Virus record (IMG/VR): IMGVR_UViG_3300023210_000037
Coordinates: 1-60,249 of that record
From: a virus
Lineage: Duplodnaviria > Caudoviricetes
Direction: 5' to 3' (one strand)
DNA length: 60,249 nt
The notes beneath the pieces are model-generated. The model made no database searches. It was given only the letters and a program-made list of their open reading frames with translations, and had not been told where the DNA came from. Of this stretch, positions 9,198 to 19,572 are shown one piece after another. The stretch's first letter is position 1, and each line of letters begins with the position of its first letter. The translations under genes and the position numbers were made by a program.

Positions 9198-12100
9198 ATG
9201 TCCGGGATTTTAAATCAAACATTAACCACTACCCAATTCGGTATTTTAACCACTGAAGAACTTAGAAATAAGTTATTACTTAGGAATTTACCGCCACCTG
9301 TAACTAATTCTGTTGACCATTCTGGTTTTGCTTCATCCCTTCAAGATATAGGAACAGTTATTACTACACCTATTTGGGGAACTGAAAGTGAGAATATTCC
9401 TACTCATTATGATGAAGATGAACAAATATTACCATTTGGGCAAGTTAGAAGAAATGAATTTAATGTTAATAATAATAGATTTATCCCATTAAACGATGAA
9501 TATGAAACTTTCCAACTTAATACTCCTGCTGAACCATATTCAGATTCTTCAACAAAGGTAAGGGGTCCTTATCCAACATATTCAAATACTGACCAATTTT
9601 CATTAATAAGTAGTGGTATTAAACCATATGTTGCTTTTCCATTTAATGTAGTAGATAAATTAAATTCATTAACTTTTCAAAATGAATCTTCTTTGGGGAT
9701 AATAGGTGCAGAAAAACTAAAAGATGTTGTTATTGCTAAAGTTGCTCAAGTTCAAGAACAAGTTATTTCAGAATCTTTAAATAATTGGGTTATAACACCT
9801 TTTGATCCACCAGAAAATGAAGCTGGTGAATATTCAAATACAATGAAGGGTGAAGATATTGTATTTAATAGTTTACCTTTTGGTGCTGTTGGTTGGCAAG
9901 AATATAATAGGTTATCCAAATCAAATAAAATAGGTGGTTCATCAGATGGTAATACTGAAGCAATATTATCCACAGAACAAAGAGTTAATACATTATTAAC
10001 AAGAACTGGTCTGAATTCATCTACCTTTTTGTTTAATGCTTTGGGTTTAAATCTTTATGTTCCAAACTATGAAGATAGGAGATTGACTAGTGATTCTAAT
10101 GATGGTACGAATAGTAGATATTATATTGGTAGTGAAAGAAGTACAAATAGAGGGGCTAAGGTAACCAAATTATTCACTTCTGATGAATTTAATGGTGCCG
10201 ATGGTAGTAGCTCACCTGGTGAGTCAGGAGGGATTACCAGTGTAAACCAGGAGTTTTACTGGAGTACTGATAATAATAATTTTAATGATAAAACTTTATT
10301 ATCTGCAACACAAGACCTTGTTAATGAAAATCCAGATGATGTTTTCATTGATCAAACAAAAAAATATTTTAAAGATAAAATAAAGGACCAATTAATTAGT
10401 AGGGGGAGTGCGATAAGTAAGGAATCATATCAATCAGCAATTGCAAACGGTAAATTTTGTAGGGTATGGACAGTGGAAGATGGGTATTCATATAAAAACG
10501 CTATAAGGAAAAGTGGGTTGTTTAGCTCAGATGATATATCAAAGCCAGGGTTTTCTGTAACTTCCGACAATGCAGCATTAAGTGTGTTAGGTCAAAATGG
10601 GATAGTTAAAACCTTTCCAGTTGCAGATGATTCAACAACAACATATAAAAAATATATGTTATCTTTGGAAAATTTAGCTTGGGCTGATAATTTAGCAGAT
10701 TTACCTATGAGTGAAACTGGTCCGGGTGACCCAATGAGTAATAATAAAGGTAGAATTATGTGGTTCCCACCGTACGATTTAAATTTTGATGAAAATATAA
10801 GTGCGAATTGGACAAAAACTGATTTTATAGGTAGGGCAGAACCAGTTTATACATACAATAATACAACACGAAGTGGTCAACTTAGGTTTAAAGTTTTGGT
10901 GGATCACCCTAAAGTGATTAATGCTTATAGAGGTAAACGAACAAATGAAATAGAAAGATTTTTTGCTGGGTGTTTATCACCACAAGAATTTTTAGATTTT
11001 TTAGATAAAAGCGATGGTGTAAGTGAAAACGCAAAAACCCAAATTGAAAAAAAATTAAATCAACAACAACAACAACAAACATCATCTAATTATACTGCGA
11101 AAGAAAAAAACCAACTATTTTATACTAAAAACCAATCCGCTGGTGTTAATATTGATTCATCCGCAATTACATTATTCTTATCACAACAGAAAGCAACCAA
11201 TAAAACAGTTAAGGTTGTTATAAATGGTTATGCGTCTAGTGATGAAGCAAACCCTAAAGATTTAGCATCCGAAAGAGCTGCCGATGTTAAAACGCAGGTA
11301 TCTGTCGTTTTACAAACATTAAAAGGTATTAAATTTACTATACAAACTAAAGCTACCGAATCTAAATTGGCGAATGACCCACAAAGTAGAAGGGTGGATC
11401 TGATAGTATCATATGATGCTACAAAAGATCAAAGTGCTAAACATAAAAGTATTGAACCACCAGGAGATTTAGCAGCACTACCAGTAGATTCACAAATTTT
11501 TGATAACGTTAGGATAGATGAATCAAAATATTTTGATTATGTTAATGAAACTTACCCAAACTATTTTGCTAGTATCTCAGAAAAAATAAAATACTTTCAT
11601 CCTGGATTCCATTCTACAACACCCGAAGGGTTAAATACTAGAGTTACCTTTTTACAGCAATGTACTAGACAAGGACCAAGTATATATGATAAAGATGATA
11701 CTATTCAACCACAAAATTTAGCATTCGGTAGACCACCAGTGTGTATATTAAGAATTGGGGATTTTATTTATACAAAAGTAGTAATTAATAGTTTAACAAT
11801 AAATTATAATACTGGTAACGCACCACAATGGGATCTTAACCCTGAAGGAATAGGGGTACAACCAATGATGGCAGATATCACCATGAGTATAGATATAATA
11901 GGTGGTCAATCACTACAAGGACCAATTAACCGACTACAAAATGCATTATCATTTAACTATTATGCAAATACTGAGATGTATGAACGAAGGTCAGATAGGA
12001 TTGAGATAGATAGATTTATAGGTGCTAGAATTGTAGATGGTAAAAAGGCTATGTTCCCACAAATCCAAAACGCATTAAAAAAATTATCACTAATTGGTGA

Positions 12101-12641
12101 TGCACCTGATGGAGCAATAAAACAGTCTGTACCATTAAACCAAATGGATGAAAATATACCAGATAACCCTATTGATGTAGCACCACCAAATGAAACACCA
12201 CCAACATTAATAATAAACGCTAGCAATAAAAATATATATGTCGAATCATTGGTGGCAGGTGTACCGACAGTACCCGATAGTAATATAGAGGTAATAATAA
12301 CGGATAGTATTGATGACTCCCAGTGGATTAAAGAACAATTTTCAGAAAGTAGTGAAGTATTTGATATAAGTGGGATAAATAAATTCTCCATTGCGTTTAG
12401 TAATTCGGAAAAGATAGTAACCATAGAATCTGAAATCACCACATTAACAGCTGATTACGCATCAGAAACAAATCCCAATATAAAATATAATATTTTATCT
12501 GAGATTGTTAGTAAAAAAGCTGAAATTAAAGCGTTAGAAGATATTATACCTAATGTTGTTGTTACAACTTATTATATAGATAATGAGAAAGCAACCCGTA
12601 AAATAAAAACATTTACAATCAGAAATAATAAACTAAATTAA
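9198..12641 (+). CDS. Baseplate/tail-tube initiator-like protein with inserted OmpA-like domain
   Basis: FDENISANW..TDFIGRAEPVYTY and PPVCILRIGDF...SLTINY...WD tube-initiator-like motifs; VVINGYASS...LASERA...RRVDL OmpA-like motif. Confidence 0.6.
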   Translation: MSGILNQTLTTTQFGILTTEELRNKLLLRNLPPPVTNSVDHSGFASSLQDIGTVITTPIWGTESENIPTHYDEDEQILPFGQVRRNEFNVNNNRFIPLNDEYETFQLNTPAEPYSDSSTKVRGPYPTYSNTDQFSLISSGIKPYVAFPFNVVDKLNSLTFQNESSLGIIGAEKLKDVVIAKVAQVQEQVISESLNNWVITPFDPPENEAGEYSNTMKGEDIVFNSLPFGAVGWQEYNRLSKSNKIGGSSDGNTEAILSTEQRVNTLLTRTGLNSSTFLFNALGLNLYVPNYEDRRLTSDSNDGTNSRYYIGSERSTNRGAKVTKLFTSDEFNGADGSSSPGESGGITSVNQEFYWSTDNNNFNDKTLLSATQDLVNENPDDVFIDQTKKYFKDKIKDQLISRGSAISKESYQSAIANGKFCRVWTVEDGYSYKNAIRKSGLFSSDDISKPGFSVTSDNAALSVLGQNGIVKTFPVADDSTTTYKKYMLSLENLAWADNLADLPMSETGPGDPMSNNKGRIMWFPPYDLNFDENISANWTKTDFIGRAEPVYTYNNTTRSGQLRFKVLVDHPKVINAYRGKRTNEIERFFAGCLSPQEFLDFLDKSDGVSENAKTQIEKKLNQQQQQQTSSNYTAKEKNQLFYTKNQSAGVNIDSSAITLFLSQQKATNKTVKVVINGYASSDEANPKDLASERAADVKTQVSVVLQTLKGIKFTIQTKATESKLANDPQSRRVDLIVSYDATKDQSAKHKSIEPPGDLAALPVDSQIFDNVRIDESKYFDYVNETYPNYFASISEKIKYFHPGFHSTTPEGLNTRVTFLQQCTRQGPSIYDKDDTIQPQNLAFGRPPVCILRIGDFIYTKVVINSLTINYNTGNAPQWDLNPEGIGVQPMMADITMSIDIIGGQSLQGPINRLQNALSFNYYANTEMYERRSDRIEIDRFIGARIVDGKKAMFPQIQNALKKLSLIGDAPDGAIKQSVPLNQMDENIPDNPIDVAPPNETPPTLIINASNKNIYVESLVAGVPTVPDSNIEVIITDSIDDSQWIKEQFSESSEVFDISGINKFSIAFSNSEKIVTIESEITTLTADYASETNPNIKYNILSEIVSKKAEIKALEDIIPNVVVTTYYIDNEKATRKIKTFTIRNNKLN
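11061..11078 (+). repeat. (CAA)6 microsatellite encoding poly-Gln
   Basis: caacaacaacaacaacaa in frame (QQQQQQ). Confidence 0.8.
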
Positions 12642-12644
12642 AAT

Positions 12645-12974
12645 ATGGGAACAGAATATTATAATAGGTATCAAAAGTTTAATTTTAATGGTAAATACAC
12701 ACCACTACCATTTATAAAGATAGAACCAAAATCTAGCGATAAAACTGTGGTATATAAAACCGAAAGAGATAGAATGGATAAATTAAGTGAACAATATTAT
12801 AGTAACCCATATCATGGGTGGTTAATAATGTTAGCTAATCCACAATATGGTGGTGTCGAAGGCGACATCCCCAATAACGAGATTATTAGAATCCCATTCC
12901 CATTTAAAGATAGTTTGCAACAATATATAAGAGCGGTACAAAGATATGAAACTTTGTATGGAAGTAATAGTTAA
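12645..12974 (+). CDS. LysM-like/gp53-like small baseplate protein
   Basis: DRMDKLSEQYYSNPYHGWLIMLANP...IIRIP pattern. Confidence 0.75.
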   Translation: MGTEYYNRYQKFNFNGKYTPLPFIKIEPKSSDKTVVYKTERDRMDKLSEQYYSNPYHGWLIMLANPQYGGVEGDIPNNEIIRIPFPFKDSLQQYIRAVQRYETLYGSNS

Positions 12975-12982
12975 TAATTTAT

Positions 12983-15900
12983 ATGTCGAATAAAACCCCT
13001 AAAGTAGAAAATAAAGGTGCAGGTTTATTTTTAGTTGACCCCAACCCACCTGGAAGTGGAGTATTACCTGCAGAGGACATGTTTATATATGTTAAATTCA
13101 CTGCAACAGAGAGAAGTAGGGGGGTTGTAACACTAACAGATTCAGACTCTTCAATAAATGAATCTAGAGATGGGGAAATAAATTTTGTTGCAACTGAAGT
13201 TAAATATGATGCATCGGGAGAACCATTAAAAAATTTAATGGGTAAAACAGAATCTTATGCCACCACAAATTACACAGATATAGGTGGTGTCAAAAATTCA
13301 TATAGTAGTGGTTCATTAGAAGGATTTGGAATTAAAAATATTTCAATAAAATATAATGCTAGTTTAGTTCCTCAAGTTGATATTTCATTTACAGATGTGA
13401 GAGGAAGTGCACTATTTGATGTTATCGAACAAGATAATAGAAAATCCCCTTACAGTTTATTTTTCAAAATGCCATACCCAATTTTTAATCTTACGGTAAA
13501 GGGTTATTTTGGTAATCCCGTTGAGTATTGCTTACATATGGTTAATTGGACATCTAAATTTGACCCGGGTACAGGTAATTTTGATATAACCGCAAATTTT
13601 TTAGGTTTTCAACAAGCATTTTTAGCGGATATGACAATAGGGAATGTAATAGGCGTTAACAATACTGATTTAGGTAAAGAAGCGTTGGCTAATTTACCTA
13701 TGAAGGCACAAGATCCTGTATACCCAGATAAAATGATTGACATTGGACCTACACCATCATTGGATTCATTCATAAAAAAAATCAGTAAATTACAAGTTGA
13801 TTTAGAATTTCTTAAATCTAATGATGATACCTATAAAAAATTAATTATACTAAACACACAAAAGAAAAAACTAAAACGTATACAATCATTTATAGGTGCA
13901 CCCATCCCAAAGGATGTGGGCAACCCAACCACAAAAACCCCATATAGTGAGATACCCAACGACAAAGACGTTATAGTAACATCAGAAATCCAAGGTGAAG
14001 GTTCATTAATATTAAACCAAGAATATTTATCTATTAGAGATTACTTAATTTTTAAATATTCATCAATTGTTTCTGTAAATTACTACATGAATACAATATT
14101 AGATTTATTAGAAGACTATCAAAAGTTTAAGGTGGTTAATTATAAACAATTAAAAACTGGTATTGTTGATGGTATAATAATAGACGGTGATACCATAATT
14201 AATGAAACGATTTTTCCCATTAGTAGAGGAGACGGTGAGATAATAGATTATTTAACTGGTTTAGAAGTATCTACCGCAGGAAGTACTCTAACAACTAAAA
14301 CCGCTGGAAAAGGGTATCCGTCATTTCCTACTACATTAATAGGTGCAATAGATGGATTAAAACAACCAAGTCCCATTTCAAGTCAATTCCAATCTCCCTC
14401 TTCTCTAAATGGGGAATTCCAAAATGGAGATGTAGATATATCGCAATTTGTAAGACCAACATCCGCCAAGAGCCAATTCTTATCGAAAGATCCTGTTTTT
14501 GTGTTAGATTTTAGAAAAATGAGATCTGAGGTTAAAAGAATGATAATTGATATTGATAAACAAATAAAGGAAGATACAAAGTCTGTTAATGTTAAAATTA
14601 ATGAAGAATTAAAAAAGTCTATCGGTTATAACCCTACTGTTAAAACAGTTTTTGAGATATTATGTAATAATGTACAATCTTTAGTGGATGTAACATATAA
14701 AGTTGCTATGCAAGCAGAAGGGCAAACTAAAGAGAGAGCAAAAGAGTTAAAAAAGAATGTTCTTGATACTGATATAGACACTGATGAATCAGGTGATTTT
14801 AAGAACTCAACTATATACGCATTTCCCAAGATTATACAGATTTCAGATGCCGGTGAAGCACAAGAAAAATATGTGGGTAGTAAGGATTTAAATTTAACCA
14901 CTAATTCATTTCCTGAAATAAAATTTATTGAGGATGTTGCTAAGGGGATAACAAAAAGTAGTTCAGAATTAAGAACGATTAGAAAACAAACAAGTAAATT
15001 AAAACAACAAGGTTTCGATACTAATTCTTGGGTACCAAATAACCCAATAGATGTTGCAAATGACAACCCATTTTTATTTATTAATAGTATAGAATCACAA
15101 GGTGACGAGGAGATAAAAAAACAATTTTATAATATTTTATTAACTAGGTACGCAGTATGTAAAAATTATAGTAAAATGCCAGAAACCCAGTTATCGGCAT
15201 TTGGTATATTTGACGCAATAGATGCGAAGAAATCTATTTTTGATACTACTGTTAGAAAAGTATTATCCACAGCATTAAGTAAGTCAGGGTCAGATGCTAT
15301 AATATCTAATGGGATAACAAGTGGATATGTGATTGAACAAAGTAATATCCCTATAATAAACGAAAGTGGCGATGATTTACCTAAACTTGGTGACATAGAA
15401 ATTAGTGGTTTTAGAAATGATGATGTAGAGTATATTGAAGTAGAAGATAATGGTGGTAAAATTATTGGTTCAAAATCTGCATTATGGAAGGAAGTAACGA
15501 ATAAGAAGAAATATGATAATATATTTGGGGAAAAAGTACAAACTGGATTCGATAAAACCATAGGTAGTTATACACAATATCTAAATCATTTAGTTTTTGT
15601 AAATGCTAGTTACGATGTTTGGGGGGGGAAAGTAAATAAGAAATTAAAAAAAGGACAAACTGCGAATAATACCTTTTCTATAAAAGATAATGATATAACC
15701 CGAATCGATGGAGGTCAGCCACCCCCTGAAGGTGCAACTAATAATGTGGATACACCGATTAAAACTGACTATATAAATGTTTTAAGCGCTGGTAGTGGTA
15801 GCGGTGGTGGACAACAAGTTGAGATACCAAGATATTTAACAACTGTATCTCCGTCATCCAACCTACCTGAAGAGTCTAGCATATTATATAATAATCCACA

Positions 15901-18319
15901 TCCTGGTGGTAATAAATCTAAAGCGTTATTACTATTAAATACGTTACCATTTGTCCCATTTCAACACGTAATCGACAACTATATCAACAAAACACATAAT
16001 GGGAAATACTTAGACATTATAAGATTACCCAGATACTATCTTTTATTTATCGCTGGGACACTATGGAGGGCAACAGAGTCATCAGACCCAATAGACTGGT
16101 CCAATTCAGAAGTGGATTCAGTTACAATAAATCAATATTTGAGTACTATAGGGGTTAATAAATCGTATGGTGGTACACCCACTATTAGTGCATCATTAAC
16201 ATCATTACCCACAAAAACAAAAGAAACATTAATAGAATTTTTTATACAGTGGGTAACCAATGAATTTGAAACCTTCGAATCACAAGTAGTGGATTATACT
16301 ACGGAAGAGGATATTACGGCTAAGTATAAAAAAGGTGAAGGTATAGCAAAGAAGTTATCTGGAAATATAAATTTAATAATAAATGCAATAGATATATTTA
16401 CCCCTAACGCATTAGATAGTGGATTAAACCTAGATGGTTTCGAGGACTATTATAATAGTTTTGTTGATAATTTTACCAAGGAAGAGGATTCGACAGAAGA
16501 AAAAGACCCCGCAGTAATAGAAAAAGAAGATACCCAGCTTGAACCAATTAAACTACAAATGTATAACTATTTTAAAAATATATATGATAAATGGATTGCG
16601 GGTAGCCCACAAGATCAACTATCATATAATGCTTGTGGAGAAGCTGGAAAAAATCTTATAGATTATTTTAAATTCATAAATAGAGGATTTAACGATATAG
16701 GAAATAAAGCAGTTATAAACTTAGATAGTGTTGCCACCTTATCGGAAAATATGGATACTAACTTCTATTTTTACATATCAAAAATACTAAGAGACAGTAA
16801 TTTTTTATTTCAGATAATGCCTAGTTACATTAACTTTAAAGACGAAGAAGAAATGAAAGATATATTTAGACCAGTAACTGATATATCCCAAAGAAATAGT
16901 AGTAGTGGACCAACTTATCTATGTATATATGCAGGTGGCACTTCAGAAGTTTTGGATTTAAACGAAAAAAGTAGATACACATATAAAAACGATGGTTTCT
17001 CTTTCCACAATGCACCATCAGATATGGAAAGTACTGGTGGTGAAGAAGACTTTAATTTAGTAGCGTTTAGAGTTGCATATGGGGCAGAAAATCAAACAAT
17101 GTTTAAGAGTGTTTCGTTAAACCAACAAGAACATAGAGAAACAGCAGAATATTTTGCAGCTTTAACAGATTTAATAGATAAAAGAGGTGGAACACAAAGA
17201 TCTTATCAAGGAACAGATTTATATAAAATTTTCAAAACTAGATCATATAAAGCTGAAGTTGAGTCATTGGGGTGTATGAGCCTACAACCTATGATGTATT
17301 TCCAGTTAGATAATGTACCGTTTTTTAATGGTGCATATATGGTACTTAATGTTAGTCATACAATAACCCCTAATCATATGGTAACCACTTTTAGTGGTTT
17401 ACGGCAAAGTAAAATATTAAGCCCACCAGTAGAGGAAATAACCACATTTTTAGATTCAGATTTAACAGAAACAATAGAAGAAGATACAGAGTTTGTTTTC
17501 CAAAATCAAAATAATCCTGATAAGTATAATGTTGGTGTCGACACAGATAAAGAGCCAGATACCCCATTTGCTTTATCACAAATTACAGAAAACGCATTAA
17601 TAGACATGGGGGTATTAAAATCAAACGCTAGTGATTTAGGAATTATTTTACAAAGCCAATTTGCGGCTGGTACCGACCCAGTAATCAGTAAATCGCAAGT
17701 TACTATGTTGTTAGCTAATATGTTAACAATGTCATCTGACGCAAATGGGCATGGATTTAGTCACATTGTTGAATCTTGGCCAGAGATTGATAGTCCCACC
17801 AGACAACAACAATCATACTATGATAAAGAAAATAAACTTGGTAACCCATCAACAGATGACGATAACCCGGATATAATACAATCAATAAATCCCATAAAAT
17901 ATAGCCTTCTGCAAGTACAAACAATTGCACATAAATATAGAAAAAGGGGGTACATACCAATAGTTGGTTTGGATGAATACAAAGAAGCATCGTATGTATT
18001 AGGTGTGGATTTAGTTACTAATCCAGATCTAATAAATGAGGATAAATTATTGGCGGTAAGGGTTTCTTTATTTAAGTGGAAACTAGGGATATGTTCCCCA
18101 TTTTCATACTCTAAAGGTGGTAGTGCCAATAATTTCACAAAAACAGTTGCCATACTTTCAGGTGAAAAGGGAGGAACAATTGGAAAAAGTTTTGATAATT
18201 TTGCTAGGGTTTTAAGTAGATTTGATTTGATAGGTATAAATATTGAAGGTACTACTTCTGATTGTAATAGCGATACTTCATCACAGGTGGCACCAGATAC
18301 TTCTATTGTTGGTAATTGA
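12983..18319 (+). CDS. Large baseplate hub protein with C-terminal GH19-like (lysozyme-fold) domain
   Basis: Hub-like YKAEVESLGCMSLQPMMYFQLDNVPFFNGAYMVLNVSHTI; C-terminal KYRKRGYIPIVG..Y......LGVDLVTNPDL. Confidence 0.65.
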   Translation: MSNKTPKVENKGAGLFLVDPNPPGSGVLPAEDMFIYVKFTATERSRGVVTLTDSDSSINESRDGEINFVATEVKYDASGEPLKNLMGKTESYATTNYTDIGGVKNSYSSGSLEGFGIKNISIKYNASLVPQVDISFTDVRGSALFDVIEQDNRKSPYSLFFKMPYPIFNLTVKGYFGNPVEYCLHMVNWTSKFDPGTGNFDITANFLGFQQAFLADMTIGNVIGVNNTDLGKEALANLPMKAQDPVYPDKMIDIGPTPSLDSFIKKISKLQVDLEFLKSNDDTYKKLIILNTQKKKLKRIQSFIGAPIPKDVGNPTTKTPYSEIPNDKDVIVTSEIQGEGSLILNQEYLSIRDYLIFKYSSIVSVNYYMNTILDLLEDYQKFKVVNYKQLKTGIVDGIIIDGDTIINETIFPISRGDGEIIDYLTGLEVSTAGSTLTTKTAGKGYPSFPTTLIGAIDGLKQPSPISSQFQSPSSLNGEFQNGDVDISQFVRPTSAKSQFLSKDPVFVLDFRKMRSEVKRMIIDIDKQIKEDTKSVNVKINEELKKSIGYNPTVKTVFEILCNNVQSLVDVTYKVAMQAEGQTKERAKELKKNVLDTDIDTDESGDFKNSTIYAFPKIIQISDAGEAQEKYVGSKDLNLTTNSFPEIKFIEDVAKGITKSSSELRTIRKQTSKLKQQGFDTNSWVPNNPIDVANDNPFLFINSIESQGDEEIKKQFYNILLTRYAVCKNYSKMPETQLSAFGIFDAIDAKKSIFDTTVRKVLSTALSKSGSDAIISNGITSGYVIEQSNIPIINESGDDLPKLGDIEISGFRNDDVEYIEVEDNGGKIIGSKSALWKEVTNKKKYDNIFGEKVQTGFDKTIGSYTQYLNHLVFVNASYDVWGGKVNKKLKKGQTANNTFSIKDNDITRIDGGQPPPEGATNNVDTPIKTDYINVLSAGSGSGGGQQVEIPRYLTTVSPSSNLPEESSILYNNPHPGGNKSKALLLLNTLPFVPFQHVIDNYINKTHNGKYLDIIRLPRYYLLFIAGTLWRATESSDPIDWSNSEVDSVTINQYLSTIGVNKSYGGTPTISASLTSLPTKTKETLIEFFIQWVTNEFETFESQVVDYTTEEDITAKYKKGEGIAKKLSGNINLIINAIDIFTPNALDSGLNLDGFEDYYNSFVDNFTKEEDSTEEKDPAVIEKEDTQLEPIKLQMYNYFKNIYDKWIAGSPQDQLSYNACGEAGKNLIDYFKFINRGFNDIGNKAVINLDSVATLSENMDTNFYFYISKILRDSNFLFQIMPSYINFKDEEEMKDIFRPVTDISQRNSSSGPTYLCIYAGGTSEVLDLNEKSRYTYKNDGFSFHNAPSDMESTGGEEDFNLVAFRVAYGAENQTMFKSVSLNQQEHRETAEYFAALTDLIDKRGGTQRSYQGTDLYKIFKTRSYKAEVESLGCMSLQPMMYFQLDNVPFFNGAYMVLNVSHTITPNHMVTTFSGLRQSKILSPPVEEITTFLDSDLTETIEEDTEFVFQNQNNPDKYNVGVDTDKEPDTPFALSQITENALIDMGVLKSNASDLGIILQSQFAAGTDPVISKSQVTMLLANMLTMSSDANGHGFSHIVESWPEIDSPTRQQQSYYDKENKLGNPSTDDDNPDIIQSINPIKYSLLQVQTIAHKYRKRGYIPIVGLDEYKEASYVLGVDLVTNPDLINEDKLLAVRVSLFKWKLGICSPFSYSKGGSANNFTKTVAILSGEKGGTIGKSFDNFARVLSRFDLIGINIEGTTSDCNSDTSSQVAPDTSIVGN

Positions 18320-18346
18320 TTTTTACTAAAAAATACTTTATATTTG
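18316..18346 (+). promoter_or_regulatory. Bacteroidota-type housekeeping promoter (TTG-N20-TATATTTG)
   Basis: TTG 18316-18318, TATATTTG 18339-18346, ATG 4 nt later. Confidence 0.65.
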
Positions 18347-18350
18347 TGAT

Positions 18351-18953
18351 ATGAATATTGGGAATATTGTATCATCTTCTAAAATTAATGAAGATAATTT
18401 TAAGTTATTTGATGAAATTGAATCAGTAGATAATTCTTTACCTACACTTATTGTTGGTTGGAATAAAACTAAAGAAATGTTTGGGGATAAGGTATCCATT
18501 TTAAATAAGCAAATCAGTGATAATTTATATTGGACATTTTCAACTACTGAAAGAAGGGTGGAATATGATGATGATATTATAACATTTAAACAGGAATGTT
18601 ATAATAATTTCGGGAGTGAATTGTCGTATGTTTATATTGACCCAATACATGATAAACCTAAAAAGATTAAAAAAATATTAAAAAAAATCTATTCATTAAG
18701 CGAATCTATTTCATATTTTACTGATAAAAATATGTTATATATCTTAGGTGAAAATATCGTTTTTGGTGTAAATTTAGAAGTTACAGAGTTTATAGGGATA
18801 AGTACCAATAGTATTATAACAAGAGTAGTTAATTTAAGAAATAGCGTTTTAATCGATAATGAAATATTTAATAAATGTAAGGAATTTATAAAAAAACTAG
18901 ATAATGAGTATAAACTAGTTCCTTATGTTGTTAAATATGGAAAATACTACTAA
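18351..18953 (+). CDS. Hypothetical protein (200 aa)
   Basis: ORF directly downstream of promoter. Confidence 0.7.
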   Translation: MNIGNIVSSSKINEDNFKLFDEIESVDNSLPTLIVGWNKTKEMFGDKVSILNKQISDNLYWTFSTTERRVEYDDDIITFKQECYNNFGSELSYVYIDPIHDKPKKIKKILKKIYSLSESISYFTDKNMLYILGENIVFGVNLEVTEFIGISTNSIITRVVNLRNSVLIDNEIFNKCKEFIKKLDNEYKLVPYVVKYGKYY

Positions 18954-19350
18954 AATAATTACATTAGCTTCGTTTGTTTTAAACGATAAAATAGATAGTT
19001 TTAAAAAATATCTGTATAAAAGATTTAAAGTACCAAACGAAAGGGTTTTCATATATGATATAGATGAAGATTCAGAAAAGAAGGTTATAACCTTTAGGGT
19101 GTATGTTAGAGATGGTAAAAGGGTTAATACAAGTTCTTTCTTCCCCACCACAATAATAGTTCATAAAAAGGGTGAATGTTTTTATACGATAAATGCGCTA
19201 AATAAATTAATTGAAAAAGAAACTGGAGGTGCAGCTGGAAATATTAATTATAAAGATTATCAGGTAGAATGGGATAATTATCAAGGAAAAATTTTAATCG
19301 TAAAGGCAGGAGAATTATCAATAATGAACATTAATCGTAATTTTTCTTAA
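18937..19350 (+). CDS. Phage hypothetical protein
   Basis: Likely start ATG 18937 (MENTTK); IIVHKK..FYTINALN...W..Y motif I recall from other large phages. Confidence 0.65.
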   Translation: MENTTKIITLASFVLNDKIDSFKKYLYKRFKVPNERVFIYDIDEDSEKKVITFRVYVRDGKRVNTSSFFPTTIIVHKKGECFYTINALNKLIEKETGGAAGNINYKDYQVEWDNYQGKILIVKAGELSIMNINRNFS

Positions 19351-19358
19351 GAACATGA

Positions 19359-19366
19359 TATTTATA
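19359..19366 (+). promoter_or_regulatory. TATTTATA motif, candidate late promoter
   Basis: 15 nt upstream of ATG 19382. Confidence 0.55.
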
Positions 19367-19381
19367 AATAAACCAATTATT

Positions 19382-19567
19382 ATGGAAGATAAAAACATAA
19401 ATAAAAACAAAAAAGATTTGGACTCTAAATTGGATGCCTTTTTAGAGGAAGAAAAAGAAGAAAAAGAGTGTGTTGGTGAAGAATGTTTAATTAATGATGG
19501 TAAAGAAATTGTTGAGAGAGTGAATAAAGTTTATAAAACTACCGATGGTAGACAATTATTAATGTAA
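19382..19567 (+). CDS. Small acidic hypothetical protein (61 aa)
   Basis: Start reassigned to ATG 19382 (MEDKNINK); C-term EIVERVNK..TTDGRQLLM. Confidence 0.65.
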   Translation: MEDKNINKNKKDLDSKLDAFLEEEKEEKECVGEECLINDGKEIVERVNKVYKTTDGRQLLM

Positions 19568-19572
19568 TTGAA

